Shown here: positions 16,687-18,186 of the stretch, piece by piece
Layout: every line of letters starts with the position of its first letter
Numbering within the stretch: position 1 is the first letter of the stretch
Origin: a bacterium
GTDB lineage: Bacteria; SZUA-182; DTGQ01; JAFGSM01
Direction of reading: 5' to 3'
Assembly (NCBI GenBank): GCA_049472355.1
Contig: JBLIRP010000074.1
Location: forward strand, 1 to 18,186
Length of the DNA stretch: 18,186 nucleotides
Notes under the pieces: generated by a model
What the model was told of the DNA's origin: nothing
Databases searched by the model: none
What the model saw: the letters and a program-made list of their open reading frames with translations, nothing else
Position numbers and translations under genes: made by a program

Positions 16687-18186
16687 TTATTCTCGTGCAT
16701 GCTGCGTGGGCAGGGTCACGGTGACCGTTGTCCCCTTATCTTTTTGACTTTCAAGGTGTATACCGCCATCGTGCAGGTTGACGATCTGAAAACATACGGT
16801 GAGTCCCAGCCCCGTTCCCTTTGATTTCGTCGAGAAGAAGGGCTCGTACACCATGGTGAGATTTTTTTCGCTTATCCCTGAACCGCTGTCCTTGACGTAT
16901 ATACTGACGAACCCGTTGCCCTCATGCCGTATCCCCACATCTATTGTACCCCTTCGATCCTTCATGGCATCGCACGCATTGTTCAGGAGATTGTTGAATA
17001 CCTCCCGTATCTGAACAGGATCCCCCTCGATATAACACGTTCCGGGTATACCGAATTGTTTTCGAATCGTGATCCCCTTATCCTTCACCCTCTCGAGAAT
17101 GTCACCGATACATTCGTCAAGGGCATGACAGATATCCATAGGTTCAAAACAGGGCGTCTTGATGCGGGAATAGAAAAGGAGATTATTGATGATCTGGTTG
17201 CTCTCCGCTATCTGCTTTTCTATCTTTGTCAGATGCCTGTCGAGGGAGGCATCCTGTGTCTTGAATCGTATGTTATAGGTCGCGGTCTCGATGACGGTGA
17301 GGGGATTGCGCAGTTCATGGGCAACGGTTGCGGCAAGCATGCCAATGTCTGAAAGACGCTGTGCATCGGACAGCTTCTTTTGGACCCTCAGCAATTCCTC
17401 CGTCTTTTCATTCACCAGCCGCTCGAAGGTCTCCTTGTCCCTCTTGAGGACCATTTCAGCCTCCTTGAGCCTGGTGATATCGGTGACGATGCCCAGGATG
17501 ACCTTATCCCCCTCATAATCGATTAATCGTGTGGTGAGCATCGATTCTATTCGTCTCCCATCCCTGGTGATATTGACGAATTCGAATGGGGACACCTCTT
17601 CGCCCTGCATGTGCCTCCTAAAATTCCCCCTGACGATTTCTTGAAATTCCGGTGCAACCAGGGAAATGTAGTCGAAATCGGGTGCATAAAACTCCTCCTT
17701 TTTGTATCCCATGATCTCTTCACACCGCCTGTTGGCATACAACACCTTGCCCCGCTTGTTGATAAAGATCATGTTCGGCGAGTTCTCTGAAAGGGCCCTG
17801 AATTTCGCCTCGGAGTCACGCAAGGCCTGCTCCGCCTTCCGTTGTTCGGTGATGTCCCGGATGACGGTGACGATACTGACCACCCTTTTCCCTTCGAATA
17901 CGGGTATTTTGCGCGTCTCGGTGATGAATTCCTTCTCCCCGATTGTCTGGCGTTCCTCCGTAATGAGGGCCTCTCCGGTCTCGAATACCGTCCGGTATTC
18001 CCGGCGAACCCTCTCCGGTAAAAACGGAAAGACCTCGAACACGGTTTTCCCGATCACATCGGTTGGAATGCCCAGCCTCTCGTTCCACTGTTTGAAGGTC
18101 TTGTTGAAGAGAACGAATCGCAGGTCGGCATCAACAACATGGATGGCGTCCCCCATGGAATCCAGGGTGGAGCGGTACTGGATTTC
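16687..18186 (-). CDS. PAS-domain sensor histidine kinase (5' end outside the window)
   Basis: Frame open to base 18186 (EIQYRSTLDSMGDAI...); two PAS/PAC domains ending VIRDITE and IVTDIT; H-box VAHELRNPL, N-box NNLLNNACDA, G1 DSGSGI, F-box EPFFSTK, G2 GTGLGL. Confidence 0.93.
   Translation of the reverse strand, partial: EIQYRSTLDSMGDAIHVVDADLRFVLFNKTFKQWNERLGIPTDVIGKTVFEVFPFLPERVRREYRTVFETGEALITEERQTIGEKEFITETRKIPVFEGKRVVSIVTVIRDITEQRKAEQALRDSEAKFRALSENSPNMIFINKRGKVLYANRRCEEIMGYKKEEFYAPDFDYISLVAPEFQEIVRGNFRRHMQGEEVSPFEFVNITRDGRRIESMLTTRLIDYEGDKVILGIVTDITRLKEAEMVLKRDKETFERLVNEKTEELLRVQKKLSDAQRLSDIGMLAATVAHELRNPLTVIETATYNIRFKTQDASLDRHLTKIEKQIAESNQIINNLLFYSRIKTPCFEPMDICHALDECIGDILERVKDKGITIRKQFGIPGTCYIEGDPVQIREVFNNLLNNACDAMKDRRGTIDVGIRHEGNGFVSIYVKDSGSGISEKNLTMVYEPFFSTKSKGTGLGLTVCFQIVNLHDGGIHLESQKDKGTTVTVTLPTQHARE

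Overview
Bacterial, mostly GC-rich window with AT-richer patches; the taxon cannot be determined from the sequence. Left to right: (1) a minus-strand operon of a coiled-coil unknown protein, two tandem DUF2791/BrxD-like P-loop ATPases (the second with an N-terminal Tudor/SH3-like module) and the first 32 codons of a probable Lhr-like helicase running off the left edge, a candidate Shango/BREX-related defence system; (2) a lone, apparently leaderless WbqC-like gene; (3) two long inverted repeats and an AT-rich HEPN-MNT pair with a sigma70 promoter; (4) an unannotated small secreted-peptide ORF with an in-frame TGA at a Trp position of an internal repeat, converging on a secreted Gly/Tyr-rich protein through back-to-back terminators; (5) an operon DUF362 - DUF885-like metallopeptidase - unusually permuted ATP-grasp ligase - SAM methyltransferase; (6) a membrane-anchored PilZ protein, speD, an HD-GYP remnant, two paralogous stand-alone response regulators and a PAS histidine kinase running off the right edge. 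All family calls come from motif recognition by eye; no database searches were run.
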